From an uncultured Actinomycetota bacterium (GTDB taxonomy: Bacteria; Actinomycetota; Actinomycetes; Propionibacteriales; Nocardioidaceae): a stretch of 64,000 bases of DNA. Shown in pieces: positions 53,326 through 62,198 of this stretch (its first letter is position 1; each line of letters begins with the position of its first letter). Under the pieces are notes generated by a model that was not told the origin of the DNA, did not search any database, and was given only the letters and a program-made list of their open reading frames with translations. The position numbers were made by a program, and so were the translations under genes. The DNA lies in NCBI GenBank assembly GCA_963781475.1, contig CAWAGJ010000006.1, positions 5,580-69,579 of the forward strand, given 5' to 3'.

Positions 53326-54486
53326 ATGGACCTGGTGCCCAAGCCCGATCAGCTCGTCTCCGCGGCCGGCACCCTGGGCCGCCGGGTGCTGCGGGGCGGC
53401 GTCGCCGACCTGCGGCCCTTCCCCCGGACCACGGTGCACGAGGACGACCGGGCCACCGTGCACCACTACCGGCCCGGCTCGGCGCACACCGACGGCGACC
53501 CCGTCCTGCTGGTCGCCTCGCTGGCCGCGCCCGACGTCGCCTACGACCTGCGGCGTGGCTGCTCCCTGGTCCAGCACCTGGTGGGGACGGGCCGGCCGAC
53601 CTACCTGGTGGAGTACGGCCGGGTGCCCTTCCGCGACCGTGACCTGTCCCTGGCCCCGTTCGTCGGCGACGTGGTGCCGACCGCGGTCCGCGAGGTCTCC
53701 GCGCACGCCGGCGACCGGCCGGTGCACCTGGTCGGCTGGAGCCTCGGCGGCACCCTGGCGCTGCTGGCCGCGGCCCACGACACGGGTCTGCCGATCGCCT
53801 CGATCACCGTGCTCGGCTCCCCGGTCGACCTCGACCGGGTGCCCCTGGTCGCGCCGCTCCGGCCGCTGGTCGACCCGACGCGGGGCGACGGGCTGCTCCG
53901 CAAGGGCTACCGCGCGCTCGGCGGCACCCCGCCGCTCGCCTCGTGGGCGGTGCAGCTGCCCCCCGTCCAGCGGCTGGTCGCCCGGCCGCTCGCCCTCGCC
54001 GTGCACGTCGACGACGGCGAGTTCTGGGCGCAGGTGCAGGCCGTCGAACGGTTCGGGCGGCGGATGGACGCCTACCCCGGCCGCGCCTACGGCCAGCTCT
54101 ACCACCGCTTCCTCGGGGGCACCGGCCTGGCGGAGGGCACCTACCGGGCCGACGGGCTGTCGCTGGCGCTGGCCGACGTGGGCGTGCCGGTCCTCGTCGT
54201 CGCCGGCGCCGCGGACCAGATCGCCCCCGTCGCGGCGGTCAAGGCGGTCCAGCCGCTGCTGACCGGGTCGCCGGAGACCCGCCTCGAGATCGTCCCCGGG
54301 GGGCACCTCGGCCTGCTCACCGGCCGCGCGGCGCGGACCACGACCTGGCCGGCCCTCGACGACTGGTTCGACCACACCTCGACCGACCCCGCCCCGGGCG
54401 ACCCCGCCCCGGGCGACCCGACGGCCCTCGGCACCAGCCCGCGGCGGCGGTACGGCTCCGGCGGCTCGCGCGCCCTCGCCACCTGA
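53326..54486 (+). CDS. alpha/beta hydrolase (PhaC-N-like)
   Basis: ATG at 53326 in ORF 53155..54486. Nucleophile elbow GWSLGG and a late GGHLG. The C-terminal DPAPGDPAPGDP comes from a 15-bp tandem repeat (54385-54420). Confidence 0.85.
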   Translation: MDLVPKPDQLVSAAGTLGRRVLRGGVADLRPFPRTTVHEDDRATVHHYRPGSAHTDGDPVLLVASLAAPDVAYDLRRGCSLVQHLVGTGRPTYLVEYGRVPFRDRDLSLAPFVGDVVPTAVREVSAHAGDRPVHLVGWSLGGTLALLAAAHDTGLPIASITVLGSPVDLDRVPLVAPLRPLVDPTRGDGLLRKGYRALGGTPPLASWAVQLPPVQRLVARPLALAVHVDDGEFWAQVQAVERFGRRMDAYPGRAYGQLYHRFLGGTGLAEGTYRADGLSLALADVGVPVLVVAGAADQIAPVAAVKAVQPLLTGSPETRLEIVPGGHLGLLTGRAARTTTWPALDDWFDHTSTDPAPGDPAPGDPTALGTSPRRRYGSGGSRALAT

Positions 54487-54507
54487 CGGGTCGGGTCAGG
54501 GGGCGGG

Positions 54508-55026
54508 TCAGGGGGCGGGCGGTGCGAAGGCGTACTGCTCGACGGGCTCCCACGGCCCGCCGACGTAGCGCCAGACCGCGAGCGCCTCGGCGGTCGCGGT
54601 GAACGGGCGGAAGGCGGCCCGCAGGTCCGTCACCGTGGCGCGGGCGACGTCGGGGTCGACCTTGTTCTGGACCGTGACGTGCGGGCGCAGCGGCTGACGG
54701 TCCTGCCTGGTCAGGTCCTCCCACCAGGCGCGCTGCAGCGCGGCGTGCAGGGCGGCGAGCTCGGGGCTGTCCACCCGGTACGCCGCGCCCCGGCCCAGCG
54801 CCATCACCTCGCTGACGGGCAGCCCGAACCGTGGCCGGTCCGCCTGCGCCCGCACCTGCGCACGGACGTCGTCGAGCCGCGCGCCCGGGACCGCGTGGAA
54901 CAGCGTGAGGTGCGCGCCGACCGCGGTCCGCCCGGGCGGGAAGAGCGCGGCCCGCTCGGCCTCGAACCGGGCGGTGGTCTCCTCGTCGAGCACCAGGGTG
55001 ACGACCAGCGGGGGCGGCAGCGTCAC
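54508..55026 (-). CDS. 2H-phosphoesterase / 2'-5' RNA ligase superfamily protein
   Basis: GTG at 55026 in ORF 54508..55182. Two HxT motifs (HLTL and HVTV). Confidence 0.8.
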   Translation of the reverse strand: MTLPPPLVVTLVLDEETTARFEAERAALFPPGRTAVGAHLTLFHAVPGARLDDVRAQVRAQADRPRFGLPVSEVMALGRGAAYRVDSPELAALHAALQRAWWEDLTRQDRQPLRPHVTVQNKVDPDVARATVTDLRAAFRPFTATAEALAVWRYVGGPWEPVEQYAFAPPAP

Positions 55027-55062
55027 GAGCAGCTCGGGCGGTCGGGACCGGCGGGCACGGCA

Positions 55063-55098
55063 GGCACGACGGGGATGGCGGGCACGACGGGGATGGCA
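55063..55098. repeat. 18-bp direct repeat x2
   Basis: GGCACGACGGGGATGGCG / GGCACGACGGGGATGGCA, immediately upstream of the 2H-phosphoesterase start. Confidence 0.7.
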
Positions 55099-55145
55099 TG
55101 CATGACGGCAACCTAGGCCGACCTCGGGCGGGGGTGCCTCGCCCT

Positions 55146-55257
55146 TCGCCGAGATGACACTCGCGCACGGCCCAGATGACACTCGCGCGCAGCCGAGATG
55201 ACACTCGCGCGCAGCCGAGATGACACTCGCGCGCGGCCGAGGTGACGGGTGCGGACA
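55146..55257 (+). repeat. 22-bp repeat array D (5 units, GAGATGAC orientation)
   Basis: Cores at 55149, 55171, 55193, 55215 and 55237, exactly 22 bp apart. Units 3 and 4 are near-identical (GCCGAGATGACACTCGCGCGC). Confidence 0.95.
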
Positions 55258-55295
55258 CCTCGGGGGTGGGCGGGCGCGCCGGTAGCGTCCGGGCC

Positions 55296-55988
55296 ATGAG
55301 CGCGCTGGCAGGTCTGGTCGAGAAGGGCCTGGTCGCTCCCGACTGGGCCGAGGCGCTGGCCCCGGTCGACGACCGCATCGGCGTGATGGGCCGGTTCCTG
55401 CGGGACGAGCTCGCCGCCGGCCGGCCGTACCTCCCCGCCGGCGACGCGGTCTTCCGCGCCTTCCAGCGCCCGCTGGCCGACGTACGCGTCCTGGTCGTCG
55501 GGCAGGACCCGTACCCGACCCCGGGGCACCCGATCGGCCTCAGCTTCGCCGTCGAGGAGCACGTACGGCCGCTGCCCCGCAGCCTGGTCAACATCTACCG
55601 CGAGCTCCGCGACGACCTCGGCATCGAACCGGCCCCGCACGGGGACCTGACCGCCTGGGCCGACCAGGGCGTGATGCTGCTGAACCGGTCCCTGACGGTG
55701 CGGCCCGGCGAGCCCGCCTCCCACCGCGGCAAGGGCTGGGAGGACGTCACCGGCGCCGCCATCCAGGCCCTGGTCCAGCGCGGCGGGCCGCTGGCCGCGA
55801 TCCTGTGGGGCAAGGACGCGCAGGCCCTCGAGCCCTGGCTCGGGGACGTGCCGTGCGTGACGTCGGCGCACCCCTCACCGCTGTCGGCGAGCCGCGGGTT
55901 CTTCGGCTCGCGACCGTTCAGCCGGGTCGACGCGCTGCTCGCGGAGCGAGGCGGCACGCCGCTCGACTGGCGCATCCCCCACTCCTGA
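55296..55988 (+). CDS. ung: uracil-DNA glycosylase, family 1
   Basis: ATG at 55296 in ORF 55242..55988. GQDPYP, LLLN, HPSPLS motifs. Confidence 0.93.
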   Translation: MSALAGLVEKGLVAPDWAEALAPVDDRIGVMGRFLRDELAAGRPYLPAGDAVFRAFQRPLADVRVLVVGQDPYPTPGHPIGLSFAVEEHVRPLPRSLVNIYRELRDDLGIEPAPHGDLTAWADQGVMLLNRSLTVRPGEPASHRGKGWEDVTGAAIQALVQRGGPLAAILWGKDAQALEPWLGDVPCVTSAHPSPLSASRGFFGSRPFSRVDALLAERGGTPLDWRIPHS

Positions 55989-55996
55989 GATCCGTC

Positions 55997-56063
55997 CGCG
56001 AAGGTCATCTGGGCCGGGCGCGAGCGTCATCTGGGCCGTGCGCGAGCGTCATCTCGGCCGGGG
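55997..56063 (+). repeat. 22-bp repeat array E (3 units, GTCATCTSGG orientation)
   Basis: Cores at 56004, 56026 and 56048, exactly 22 bp apart. The array begins 9 nt after the ung stop. Confidence 0.9.
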
Positions 56064-56100
56064 TTTGCGGGGGCGCAGGGCGGGGCGGGACGATCGGGCG

Positions 56101-56952
56101 GTGAAGATCCTCTCCATCCAGTCCTCGGTGGCCTACGGCCACGTCGGCAACTCCGCCGCCACCTTCCCGCTGCAGCGGCTGGGGCACGAGGTCTGGCCGG
56201 TGATCACCGTGCACTTCTCCAACCACACCGGGTACGGCGCCTGGCGCGGCCCGCTGCTGGCCCCCTCCGACGTGGCCGAGGTGATCGCCGGCATCGAGGA
56301 CCGCGGCGTGCTGGGCGAGGCCGACGCGGTGCTGTCGGGCTACCAGGGCGACCCGGCGGTCGGCCAGGTGGTCCTCGACGCGGTCGCCAAGGTCCGGGCG
56401 GCGAACCCGGCCGCGGTCTACTGCTGCGACCCGGTGATGGGCGACGTCGGCCGCGGCATGTTCGTGCGACCCGGCATCCCGGAGTACATGCGCGACACCG
56501 TCGTCCCGGCGGCCGACGTGGTGACCCCGAACCACTTCGAGCTCGACTTCCTCGCCGGCACCACCACCCGCACGCTGGAGGAGGTCCTCGCCGCGGTCGA
56601 CGTGGTCCGGGCGCGCGGGCCCCGCGACGTGCTGGTCACCAGCGTCCTGCACGACGCGACCGCCGAGGGCACGCTCGACGTGGTGGCGGTCTCCGACGAC
56701 GGCGCGTGGGTGGTCACCACCCCGCTGCTGCCGATCGCGCCGAACGGGTGCGGCGACGTCACGGCCGCGCTGTACCTCGCGCACCTGCGCACGACCGGCT
56801 CCCCGGAGCGCGCGCTGTCGCTGACCACCTCGGCGGTGTTCGCGGTCCTGGAGGCCACCGTCGCGGCCGGGACCCGCGAGATCGCCCTGGTCGCCGCGCA
56901 GGACGCCATCGCCGACCCCGGCGACCGGTTCGAGGTCCGCCGGCTCCGCTGA
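56101..56952 (+). CDS. pdxY: pyridoxal kinase
   Basis: GTG at 56101 in ORF 56038..56952. ILSIQSSVAYGHVGNSAATFPLQRLG, SNHTGYG, and the ribokinase-family GCGD motif. Confidence 0.85.
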   Translation: MKILSIQSSVAYGHVGNSAATFPLQRLGHEVWPVITVHFSNHTGYGAWRGPLLAPSDVAEVIAGIEDRGVLGEADAVLSGYQGDPAVGQVVLDAVAKVRAANPAAVYCCDPVMGDVGRGMFVRPGIPEYMRDTVVPAADVVTPNHFELDFLAGTTTRTLEEVLAAVDVVRARGPRDVLVTSVLHDATAEGTLDVVAVSDDGAWVVTTPLLPIAPNGCGDVTAALYLAHLRTTGSPERALSLTTSAVFAVLEATVAAGTREIALVAAQDAIADPGDRFEVRRLR

Positions 56953-56972
56953 GCGGGATGCTGCCGGGCGGC

Positions 56973-57842
56973 TCAGGTGCGGCGGGAGGCCAGGCGGAAG
57001 GCCGGGCCGACCACCCGGTCCCAGGCCCACGGGGCCAGCCCGAAGCCCAGCATCAGCCCGTAGTTGCTGAGCTGGGTCTGGCTCTGCGAGCGCGGCCACG
57101 CCAGCTGCGCCAGCACCGCGCCGGCCACCCGCTCCGGGCTGATCGCCGGCGGGGGCGCGGTGTTCACGCCACCGGCGGCGTCCAGCGCGCTGCTGTAGAT
57201 GGGAGTGTCCACGCTGCCCGGGGAGACCAGGCAGACGTGCACCTCGGGCAGGTCCAGGTTCTCGATGTGCAGCTGCCGGGCCAGCGCACGCACGCCCCAC
57301 TTCGACACGACGTACGGCGTCATCTCCGGCACCGCGACGTGCCCGAGCAGCGACCCGACGAGCACCAGCGTGCCGCGCTCCTGCTCCCGCATCAGGCGCA
57401 GCGCGTGCCGCGCCACGTTGGCCGCGCCCGAGAGGTTGGTGGCCAGCACCTGGTCGAAGTCCCCTGCGCCGGTCTCCTCGACCCGCCCGTAGGTGACCAC
57501 CCCGGCGCAGTGCAGGACGGCGTCGACCCGGCCGTGCGCCTCCTGCGTGGCCGCGAGCAGCGCCTCGACCTCGTCGTCGACGGCGACGTCGGTGACGAGC
57601 GTGGTCGTGGACGCGGCGCCCACCCGCTCGCACTCCTTCGCCACCTCGTCCAGGACCTCCTGTCGACGCGCCGCGAGGACCACGTGGTGCCCGCGACGGG
57701 CCGACTCGACCGCCGTGGCCCGACCGATCCCGCTCGAGGCGCCGGTCACCACGACGACCTGCCCGGCCGGCACGGAGCGCGGCAGGACCGGCATCGGGAG
57801 CAGGGTCCGCAGGGCGAGCCCGGCGATCTGGGGAGGCGTCAT
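56973..57842 (-). CDS. SDR-family oxidoreductase
   Basis: ATG at 57842 in ORF 56973..58169. TGASSGIG and the catalytic YVVSK. Confidence 0.88.
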   Translation of the reverse strand: MTPPQIAGLALRTLLPMPVLPRSVPAGQVVVVTGASSGIGRATAVESARRGHHVVLAARRQEVLDEVAKECERVGAASTTTLVTDVAVDDEVEALLAATQEAHGRVDAVLHCAGVVTYGRVEETGAGDFDQVLATNLSGAANVARHALRLMREQERGTLVLVGSLLGHVAVPEMTPYVVSKWGVRALARQLHIENLDLPEVHVCLVSPGSVDTPIYSSALDAAGGVNTAPPPAISPERVAGAVLAQLAWPRSQSQTQLSNYGLMLGFGLAPWAWDRVVGPAFRLASRRT

Positions 57843-57906
57843 CCCCCCAGCCTGCCCGCTCCCGGGTCCGCAGGGGGGTGAGCGGGGCGTCCCTAGTCTC
57901 GTCCGC

Positions 57907-58836
57907 ATGGCTTCCTCACCGTCCGCCCCGCGCGTCGTCCTGGTCGTCGGGGGCACCTCCGGGATCGGTCTGGCGACCGCCCACCTGCTGGCCGGGCGCG
58001 GCGACACGGTGGTCGTCGGCGCCCGGGACGCCGGGCGCACCACCGCGGTGGCAGCCGAGCTCGGCGGGCCCGCGACGGGGGTCGTCCTGGACCTCGCCGA
58101 CGCCGGGTCGGTCCGGGCCGCGGTCGAGCGCTGCGTGGCCGACCACGGTCGTCTCGACGCCGTGGTCACCTCCGCGCAGACGATGGCCTACGGCACCGTG
58201 GAGCAGGTCCCCGCCGACGTCTTCGCGGCCGTGGTCGACGTCGCCGTGATCGGCACCGTCCACCTCGCCCAGGCCGTCCTGCCGGTCTTCCGGCGCCAGG
58301 GCGGCGGACAGCTGGTCGTGGTGAGCTCGTTGCTGGCAGAGATCTCGGTGCCGTCGATGACGGCCTACTGCGCGGCCAAGTGGGGGCAGCTGGGGCTCGT
58401 GCGCGGGCTGCAGCTCGAGACCCGCCGCGAGCGCGGCATCGACGTCAGCCTGGTGCTCCCGGGCGCGGTGGACACCCCGATCTACCACCAGGCGGCCACG
58501 TACGGCGGCAGCCCCGGCTCCGCGCCGCCGCCGGTCGTCGGTCCCGAGCGGGTCGCCGCGGCGTGCGTCCGCGCGCTGGACCGCCCCCGCCGGATGACCC
58601 ACGTCGGCCCGGCCAACCTGCTGACCGTCACCGGCTTCCGGCTCGTGCCGGCCGTGTACGACCGGCTGGTCAACCCGCTGGTCGAGCGGGTCGCGGTGCG
58701 GGGCCCCCGGGTCGCCGACCACGACGGCAACGTCCGGGCGCCGCAGCCCGACGGCGAGGACCTGCGCGGCGGCTGGACCCCCGCGGGCCTCCTGCGCGAC
58801 CGCACCGGCCGCGCCCGGTGGCGCCGGCGGGCCTGA
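57907..58836 (+). CDS. SDR-family oxidoreductase (divergent paralogue)
   Basis: ATG at 57907 in ORF 57493..58836. GGTSGIG and the catalytic YCAAK. Confidence 0.88.
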   Translation: MASSPSAPRVVLVVGGTSGIGLATAHLLAGRGDTVVVGARDAGRTTAVAAELGGPATGVVLDLADAGSVRAAVERCVADHGRLDAVVTSAQTMAYGTVEQVPADVFAAVVDVAVIGTVHLAQAVLPVFRRQGGGQLVVVSSLLAEISVPSMTAYCAAKWGQLGLVRGLQLETRRERGIDVSLVLPGAVDTPIYHQAATYGGSPGSAPPPVVGPERVAAACVRALDRPRRMTHVGPANLLTVTGFRLVPAVYDRLVNPLVERVAVRGPRVADHDGNVRAPQPDGEDLRGGWTPAGLLRDRTGRARWRRRA

Positions 58837-58876
58837 GCGGGTACGCCACGCCGTAGACGGACGGGCACATGTCCGC

Positions 58877-58897
58877 GACGCTGCCCGGCGCAGCGTC
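58877..58897. terminator. hairpin GACGCTGC-ccggc-GCAGCGTC
   Basis: 8-bp stem, 41 nt after the SDR stop. Confidence 0.45.
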
Positions 58898-58977
58898 CTG
58901 ACCTGCAGAGATCCAGCCGGTCCTGCGAGCGTTCCTGGGTTGTGCCTGTCGGTGTACGACCGAGCAGGCGCTCGTCG

Positions 58978-59050
58978 AGCCGGTGACAGGAGTCGAACCC
59001 GCGACATCCTCTTTACAAGAGAGGCGCTCTACCTACTGAGCTACACCGGC
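58978..59050 (-). tRNA. tRNA-Thr (anticodon UGU)
   Basis: The minus strand reads GCCGGTG-TA-GCTC-AGTAGGTA-GAGC-G-CCTCT-CTTGTAA-AGAGG-ATGTC-GCGGG-TTCGACT-CCTGT-CACCGGC-T. Cloverleaf with a 7-bp acceptor stem and TGT in the anticodon loop. The T-stem has two G-U pairs. No encoded CCA. Confidence 0.88.
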
Positions 59051-59084
59051 GTGCCGCGCTCCGGCGCGACGGCCGGCGGCGGCC

Positions 59085-60020
59085 TCATCGTAGTGGCGGC
59101 CCTCCCGGGTCCGCCTCGCGGACCCGCTCCGCCCCGACCCGCAGCTCCCGCAGGGCGAAAGCGATCTCGGGCTGCCGTGCGGTGCCGCCCCGGACCAGGG
59201 TCCGCACGTGCCGCGCCGGCGTCGGGTCGCCCTGCAGGCGCACCCGCACCAGGTCGTCCTGGCCGGGCAACCGGGCCAGCCGGGGGATCAGCGCCACGCC
59301 GAACCCGGCCGCGACCAGCGCCGCACCGGTGTCCCACTCCACGACCCGGTGCAGGTGCCGCGGGGTGAAGCCGGCCGTCAGGCAGGCGCTGGCGACCAGC
59401 TCGTGGTGCGCCGATCCCGGGCGGTCCATGATCCAGGGCTCCTCGGCCGCCTCGGCCAACGGCACCGTCGACCGCCCGGCGAGCCGGTGACCGGCGGGGA
59501 CGAGCAGGTCGAGGGGGTCCTCCAGCAGCGGCTCCTGGTCGAAGCGCGGGTCGTCGGTCGGCGGCAGCCCGGTGGTGCCGACCACGACCGCGACGTCGAC
59601 CGCGCCGGCGAGCAGCATGTCGACGCACACGCTGGGGTCCGCCTCGACGATCTGCACGCGGGACTCGGGGAACTCCCGGATCGCCGCCGTCGCCACGGGC
59701 GGCAGCAGGGCGGAGGCCGCGGTGGAGAACCCGGCCAGCGCCAGCCGGCCGACCCCGCCGCCGGCGGCCTCGTGCAGCTCGCCGCGGATCGACTCCCACT
59801 GCGTGAACAGCGCCTCGGAGCGGCGCAGCAGGAGGGTGGCGACCGCGGTCAGCCGCACGTTGCGACCCTCCGGCTCCAGCAGGACCACCCCGAGGTCGCG
59901 ACCCAGGGTCCGGAGCTGGTGGGAGACCGCCGAGGGCGTGTAGCCGAGGTCGTGTGCCGCCGCCGTGATGGTGCCCGCGCGGGCGACCACCCGGAGGACG
60001 TGGAGCCGCTGGTCGATCAT
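59085..60020 (-). CDS. LysR-family transcriptional regulator
   Basis: ATG at 60020 (MIDQRLHVLRVVARAGTITAAAHDLGYTPSAVSHQLRTL) in ORF 59085..60077. Confidence 0.92.
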   Translation of the reverse strand: MIDQRLHVLRVVARAGTITAAAHDLGYTPSAVSHQLRTLGRDLGVVLLEPEGRNVRLTAVATLLLRRSEALFTQWESIRGELHEAAGGGVGRLALAGFSTAASALLPPVATAAIREFPESRVQIVEADPSVCVDMLLAGAVDVAVVVGTTGLPPTDDPRFDQEPLLEDPLDLLVPAGHRLAGRSTVPLAEAAEEPWIMDRPGSAHHELVASACLTAGFTPRHLHRVVEWDTGAALVAAGFGVALIPRLARLPGQDDLVRVRLQGDPTPARHVRTLVRGGTARQPEIAFALRELRVGAERVREADPGGPPLR

Positions 60021-60031
60021 GCGACATGGTT

Positions 60032-60046
60032 GCACGTTGACCGTGC
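60032..60046. promoter_or_regulatory. small inverted repeat GCACG-ttgac-CGTGC in the LysR/oxidoreductase divergent region (candidate LysR site)
   Basis: Lies 12 nt upstream of the LysR start and 48 nt upstream of the oxidoreductase start. An AT-richer tract follows (tttgcttttcttctg). Confidence 0.3.
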
Positions 60047-60093
60047 GGATCGTTTGCTTTTCTTCTGCAGTTCGCACCCCTCACGATGAGCAG

Positions 60094-62166
60094 GTGCCCC
60101 ACTTCGACCCGCTGCTCGACGGCTACCGGTTGCGCCACCTCGCGCTCCGCAACCGGGTGGTGAGCACCAGCCACGAGCCGGCGTACACCGAGGACGGGAT
60201 GCCCAAGGACCGCTACCGGCTCTACCACCTCGAGAAGGCCCGCGGCGGTGTCGGCCTGACCATGATCGGCGGCTCGGCCGTGGTCTCCCCCGACAGCCCG
60301 CCCGCCTTCGGCAACATGCTGCTCTACAAGGACGAGATCGTGCCGTGGCTGGCCCGGCTGGCCGACGACGTGCACGAGGCCGGGGCCGCGGTGATGTGCC
60401 AGGTCACGCACCTCGGTCGCCGCACGTCCAACTTCACCGGCGACTGGCTGCCGCTGGTCTACCCCTCGCCGCTGCGCGAGGCGCAGCACCGCTCGTTCCC
60501 CAAGACCGCCGAGGCCTGGGACGTCGACCGCATCGTGCGCCACTTCGCCGAGGCCGCCCAGCGCTGCCAGGCCGCCGGCCTGGACGGCATCGAGATCGCC
60601 TCGTACAGCCACCTCTTCGACGCCTGGGCCTCCCCCGCGACCAACCGCCGCGACGACGCGTTCGGCGGCGACCCCGAGGCCCGGCTGACCTTCCCGATGC
60701 GCGTGCTCGAGGCCGTGCGCGCGGCCGTCGGCCCGGACTTCGTCGTCGGCATCCGGATGGCGATGGACGAGGACCTGCCCGACGGCCTCGGCCTCGACGA
60801 CGCGGTCGCGGTGCTCCAGCGCTACCGCGAGCACGGCATCGACTTCCTGTCCGTCATCAAGGGCGGGCTCGAGTCCGACGCCCGCCTGGCCGCGGCCATC
60901 CCCTCGATGGGCACGCCGTCCTCTCCGTTCCTGGAGTTCGCCGGCCAGGTACGCCGGGCGCTGGTCGACCTGCCGGTCATGCACGCGGCGCGGATCGGTG
61001 ACGTCGCGACCGCCCGCCACGCGCTGCGCGAGGGCCTGCTCGACCTGGTCGGGATGACCCGGCCGCAGCTGGCCGACCCGCACCTGGTGGCGAAGGTCGC
61101 CCGCGGCGAGGAGGACCGGATCCGCCCCTGCGTGGGCGCCTCCTACTGCCTGGACGCGATCTACGAGTCCGGCGACGCCAAGTGCATCCACAACCCCGCG
61201 ACCGGGCGCGAGGCCACGATGCCCCACGTCGTGGCGACCACGGTCGGGCGCCGCAAGCGCGCCGTGGTCGTCGGCGCCGGCCCGGCCGGCCTCGAGGCCG
61301 CCCGCGTGCTCGGCGAGCGGGGCCACCAGGTCGTGCTGATGGAGGCCGCGGACCGGCCCGGCGGCCAGGTCCTGATCGCGTCCTCGACGCTGCGCCGGCG
61401 CGACCTCATCGGGGTCGTCGACTGGCGCGTCGCGGAGGTCAAGCACTCCGGCGTCGACCTCCGGTACGGCGTCTGGGCCGACGCCGCCACCGTGCTGGCC
61501 GAGGAGCCCGACGTGGTCGTCGTGGCCACCGGCGGCGTCCCCGACACCTCCTTCCTGCCCGTCGCGGCGCAGGGGCTGGTGCTCGACACCTGGGACGCCA
61601 TCGGCGGCACGGGTGCCGGCGGACCGCGCGCCGGCGACCGGGTGCTGGTCTTCGACGACCACGGCGGCGAGCCGGGTCTCGACGCCGCCGAGCACCTCGC
61701 CCGTCTCGGCGCCCGCGTCGAGCTGGTCACCCCCGAGCGGATGGTCGGGATCTCGGTCGGCTCGATGAACAGCCCGGCGTACCTCCAGGCCTTCGCCGAG
61801 CACGGCGTCGAGGTCACCGTCACCCGGCGCCTGGTCGACGTGCGCCGCGCGGAGCCGGGCTCCGGCGCCCGCCTGGTCGCGGTCCTGGCCAGCGACTACC
61901 TGCCCGGCGCGGAGGTCGAGCGCCTCGTCGACCACGTGGTCGTCGAGCACGGCACCGTGCCCAACGACGAGCTCTACCTCGACCTGGTCGCCGCGTCGCG
62001 GAACCTCGGCGAGGTCGACCACGACGCCCTGCTGGCAGGGCGTCCCCAGGAGGTCGTCTCCCACGGGGCCGGCCGCTTCGACCTCTGGCGCGTCGGCGAC
62101 GCCGTGACCAGCCGCAACATCCATGCCGCGATCTACGACTCGCTGCGCCTGTGCCAGACCGTCTGA
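60094..62166 (+). CDS. two-domain flavoenzyme: OYE-like FMN domain + FAD/NAD(P)-binding domain (DgcA/StcD/2,4-dienoyl-CoA-reductase-like demethylase/oxidoreductase)
   Basis: GTG at 60094 in ORF 59965..62166. N-terminus LRHLALRNRVVSTSHE, Cys-rich linker RPCVGASYCLD...KCIHNP, dinucleotide motif VVVGAGPAGLEAA. Confidence 0.88.
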   Translation: MPHFDPLLDGYRLRHLALRNRVVSTSHEPAYTEDGMPKDRYRLYHLEKARGGVGLTMIGGSAVVSPDSPPAFGNMLLYKDEIVPWLARLADDVHEAGAAVMCQVTHLGRRTSNFTGDWLPLVYPSPLREAQHRSFPKTAEAWDVDRIVRHFAEAAQRCQAAGLDGIEIASYSHLFDAWASPATNRRDDAFGGDPEARLTFPMRVLEAVRAAVGPDFVVGIRMAMDEDLPDGLGLDDAVAVLQRYREHGIDFLSVIKGGLESDARLAAAIPSMGTPSSPFLEFAGQVRRALVDLPVMHAARIGDVATARHALREGLLDLVGMTRPQLADPHLVAKVARGEEDRIRPCVGASYCLDAIYESGDAKCIHNPATGREATMPHVVATTVGRRKRAVVVGAGPAGLEAARVLGERGHQVVLMEAADRPGGQVLIASSTLRRRDLIGVVDWRVAEVKHSGVDLRYGVWADAATVLAEEPDVVVVATGGVPDTSFLPVAAQGLVLDTWDAIGGTGAGGPRAGDRVLVFDDHGGEPGLDAAEHLARLGARVELVTPERMVGISVGSMNSPAYLQAFAEHGVEVTVTRRLVDVRRAEPGSGARLVAVLASDYLPGAEVERLVDHVVVEHGTVPNDELYLDLVAASRNLGEVDHDALLAGRPQEVVSHGAGRFDLWRVGDAVTSRNIHAAIYDSLRLCQTV

Positions 62167-62198
62167 CCACCTCCTCACCCACCCGGGAGGACCCCGCC

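Noticed and set aside
54496-54520. GGGTCAGGGGGC x2 duplication at the 2H-phosphoesterase stop as a regulatory repeat
   Set aside because: It is a short 12-bp duplication in a 21-nt convergent gap. There is no palindromy and no recurrence elsewhere in the window, so it is most simply a slippage duplication.
58860-59084. Integrated element or attachment site at tRNA-Thr
   Set aside because: No integrase, no excisionase and no visible duplication of the tRNA 3' half are nearby. The neighbouring genes (SDRs, LysR) have ordinary composition.
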